NCBI GenBank assembly: GCA_002269645.1
Contig: NIVC01000176.1
Coordinates: 558,001-622,000 of the forward strand
Direction: 5' to 3'
Source: Macrostomum lignano
Lineage: Eukaryota
Length of the DNA stretch: 64,000 bases
Below, piece after piece: positions 60,696-64,000 of this stretch. The position numbers and the translations under genes are program-made. How positions within the stretch are numbered: position 1 is the first letter of the stretch; each line of letters opens with the position of its first letter. The notes under the pieces were generated by a model. It saw nothing but the letters and a program-made list of their open reading frames with translations, searched no databases and was not told the DNA's origin.

Positions 60696-62459
60696 TCAAT
60701 TCTTTGCCCAACCAAACGAAGTTGCAACGGCGCCAGTGGCGGCGACGGCGGCGCCGGCGCCAGCTGTAGCGCGCAGTCCAATCTGGCGCAGCAGATCTTT
60801 GCCGAATTCTTTAGTCTCGGCATAGTCTAAGCACATCTTGGCGGCTTTGGCAGCCTCCTCAGTCTGGTTGCGATCCAGATAGTGCTGGGCCAAGAATCGA
60901 TAGGCTGCCGGCTCGGCTTTGGTGTCTGTGGCGCCACTTTTGATCACTGTGCTGACCAGCATCAGGTAGGCGTTGCACGCGTTGTCCTGCGGATTAATGG
61001 CGCGTAGTTGAGAGATTAGATAGATTAAATCTTAAGTCTTTATTATATAATATTAACCTACGGATTCTTGTGATGATTAATACGATAATTTAACCCTAGA
61101 AATTAACTGTCAGCAAAATCTCACACCGTTCGAATAAGATTATCATTGAGAAAATCTGTATTAAAAATCCCACTATTAGGATTTTCCGTATCACGAATCC
61201 CCGAGATTTGATCTGCTATAAGAATCTCTAACTTGAGTTTTTCTGTTCTAAGAATATCCCCCGTGAGATTATCTGCCATAAGAATATCACTATTAAGACT
61301 ATCTGCCATAAGAATATCACTCTTAAGACTATCTGCCATAAGAATATCACTCTTAAGACTATCTTTTCCAAGAATCTTACTCTTAAGACTATCTTTTCCA
61401 AGAATCTCACTCTTAAGACTATCTTTTCCAAGAATCTCACTCTTAAGACTATCTTTTCCAAGAATCTCACTCTTAAGACTATCTTTTCCAAGAATCTCAC
61501 TCTTAAGACTATCTTTTCCAAGAATCTCACTCTTCAGACTATCTTTTCCAAGAATCTCACTCTTAAGACTATCTTTTCCAAGAATCTCACTCTTAAGACT
61601 ATCTTTTCCAAGAATCTCACTCTTAAGACTATCTTTTCCAAGAATCTCACTCTTAAGACTATCTTTTCCAAGAATCTCACTCTTAAGACTATCTTTTCCA
61701 AGAATCTCACTCTTAAGACTATCTTTTCCAAGAATCTCACTCTTAAGACTATCTTTTCCAAGAATCTCACTCTTAAGACTATCTTTTCCAAGAATCTCAC
61801 TCTTAAGACTATTTTTTCCAAGAATCTCACTCTTCAGACTATCTTTTCCAAGAATCTCACTCTTCAGACTATCTTTTCCAAGAATCTCACTCTTAAGACT
61901 ATCTTTTCCAAGAATCTCACTCTTAAGACTATCTTTTCCAAGAATCTCACTCTTAAGACTATCTTTTCCAAGAATCTCACTCTTAAGACTATCTTTTCCA
62001 AGAATCTCACTCTTAAGACTATCTTTTCCAAGAATCTCACCCGTGATAATCTCAAGAGTGAGATTTTTATCTGCTATAAGAATCTCATTTATTCGAACAG
62101 CATTCCCCAGGAGTTGAAGCGGTCATCAAAGAACCCGACGGTAGTCTCACCTTCTCGCCCAGATGTTCGTACAGCTCAGCCAACCGGAACAGGGCCATTG
62201 TGTCCGGATCGCCCAAGTGAAACGCTTTCACGTAGCATTTCTTCGCCTCCTCGTTGAGACTAACCCGACTGTAGCTCTCGCCCAGGGCAACCATAACGCG
62301 AGGATCTGTATTGCACAGGCGTTGGCATTCGCGGAAATAATAAATTGCGTAATAGGATTTGTTGTTTAATTCGTGCGCGTGGCCCAGGCCGTACCAGCCG
62401 CGGTAGTCCGCTGGGTTGAATGTGACCGCCTTGTGGTAGGCTTGGATAGCATTGCTCAC
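60696..62459 (-). CDS. CDC23: Cell division cycle protein 23 (APC8), last two exons complement(join(60696..60986,62151..62459)); upstream exons lie beyond the window
   Basis: AIQAYHKAV..DYRGWYGLG..DPRVMVALGESY..EAKKCY..AYRFLAQHY..GKDLLRQI matches the APC8 TPR C-terminus. Both junctions are phase-0 GT-AG. Confidence 0.92.
61255..62045. repeat. 30-bp AGAATCTCACTCTTAAGACTATCTTTTCCA array in the last CDC23 intron
   Basis: Direct reading. Confidence 0.97.
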
Positions 62460-62514
62460 CTGCTCGGGCGGGTTAGGGATAGAGATTCTTACCTGTGCAG
62501 GTCACTCTTTGCTG

Positions 62515-64000
62515 TCTACCTGTCCACCACACTGTCTGAACTCTACCTGTCAACCACACTATCTGAACTCTACCTGTCCACCACACTGTCTGAACTCTAC
62601 CTGTCCACCACTCTGTCTGAACTCTACCTGTCCACCACACTGTCTGAACTCTACCTGTCCACCACACTGTCTGAACTCTACCTGTCAACCACACTGTCTG
62701 AACTCTACCTGTCCACCACACTGTCTGAACTCTACCTGTCAACCACACTGTCTGAACTCTACCTGTCCACCACACTGTCTGAACTCTATCTGTCCACCAC
62801 ACTGTCTGAACTCTATCTGTCAACCACTCTATCTGAACTCTATCTGTCCACCACACTGTCTGAACTCTACCTGTCCACCACTCTATCTGAACTCTATCTG
62901 TCCACCACACTGTCTGAACTCTATCTGTCCACCACTCTATCTGAACTCTACCTGTCCACCACTCTATCTGAACTCTATCTGTCCACTCTATCTGAGAACT
63001 CTACCTGTCCACTCTATCTGAGAACTCTACATGTCCACTCTATCTGAGAACTCTACCTGTCCACTCTATCTGAGAACTCTACATGTCCACTCTATCTGAG
63101 AACTCTACCTGTCCACTCTATCTGAACTCTATCTGTCCACTCTATCTGAGAACTCTACCTGTCCACCACTCTATCTGAGAACTCTACCTGTCCACCACTC
63201 TATCTGAGAACTCTACCTGTCCACCACTCTATCTGAGAACTCTACCTGTCCACCACTCTATCTGAGAACTCTACCTGTCCACTCTATCTGAACTCTATCT
63301 GTCCACTCTATCTGAGAACTCTACCTGTCCACCACTCTATCTGAGAACTCTACCTGTCCACCACTCTATCTGAGAACTCTACCTGTCCACCACTCTATCT
63401 GAGAACTCTACATGTCCACTCTATCTGAGAACTCTACCTGTCCACTCTATCTGAACTCTATCTGTCCACTCTATCTGAGAACTCTACCTGTCCACCACTC
63501 TATCTGAGAACTCTACCTGTCCACCACTCTATCTGAGAACTCTACCTGTCCACTCTATCTTAGAACTCTACCTGTCCACTCTATCTGAGAACTCTACATG
63601 TCCACTCTATCTGAGAACTCTACCTGTCCACTCTATCTGAGAACTCTACCTGTCCACTCTATCTGAACTCTACCTGTCCACTCTATCTGAGAACTCTACC
63701 TGTCCACTCTATCTGAACTCTACCTGTCCACTCTATCTGAGAACTCTACCTGTCCACTCTATCTGAGAACTCTACCTGTCCACTCTATCTGAGAACTCTA
63801 CCTGTCCACTCTATCTGAGAACTCTACCTGTCCACTCTATCTGAGAACTCTACCTGTCCACTCTATCTGAGCTCTACCTGTCCACTATCTGAGCTCTACC
63901 TGTCCACTCTATCTGAGAACTCTACCTGTCCACTATCTGAGCTCTACCTGTCCACTCTATCTGAGAACTCTACCTGTCCACTCTATCTGAGAACTCTACC
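62515..64000. repeat. 26-29-bp CTCTACCTGTCCAC(CAC)TCTATCTGA(GA)A array in a CDC23 intron; runs off the window
   Basis: Direct reading. Confidence 0.97.

Overview
Eukaryotic genomic DNA with spliceosomal GT-AG introns, GC-rich exons and introns packed with minisatellites. The style is most consistent with a flatworm such as Macrostomum, but this is an inference and was not verified. Eight protein-coding genes were assembled by hand with phase-consistent splice sites. Two are paralogous C2H2 zinc-finger genes arranged tail-to-tail: ZF-A (+ strand, 2092-5505) and ZF-B (- strand, 8367-12823). The other six run consecutively on the minus strand: PDIA3/ERp57, GDPD1/3-like, DNAJC7, PRKRIP1, RCBTB1/2 and the 3' part of CDC23. 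About 32 tandem arrays, nearly all with different units, fill most long introns and intergenic gaps and produce most of the long ORFs in the track, which are artefacts. Small mobile elements include a hAT-type MITE, a CAC-terminal foldback MITE nested in an older repeat, an inverted-repeat element behind PRKRIP1 and a tRNA-derived SINE-like family. The strongest observation is a 419-bp in-frame coding tract shared by the two inverted ZF genes with a single synonymous mismatch, while their second finger cluster is only about 86% identical and the linkers do not align. This points to local gene conversion and gives a substrate for an inversion that would swap the C-terminal halves of the two proteins in frame. 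The second main observation is that 16 of 23 coding introns carry their own private minisatellite, and many units share an RGATY core. The region from about 13 to 25.6 kb contains no gene I could recognise.
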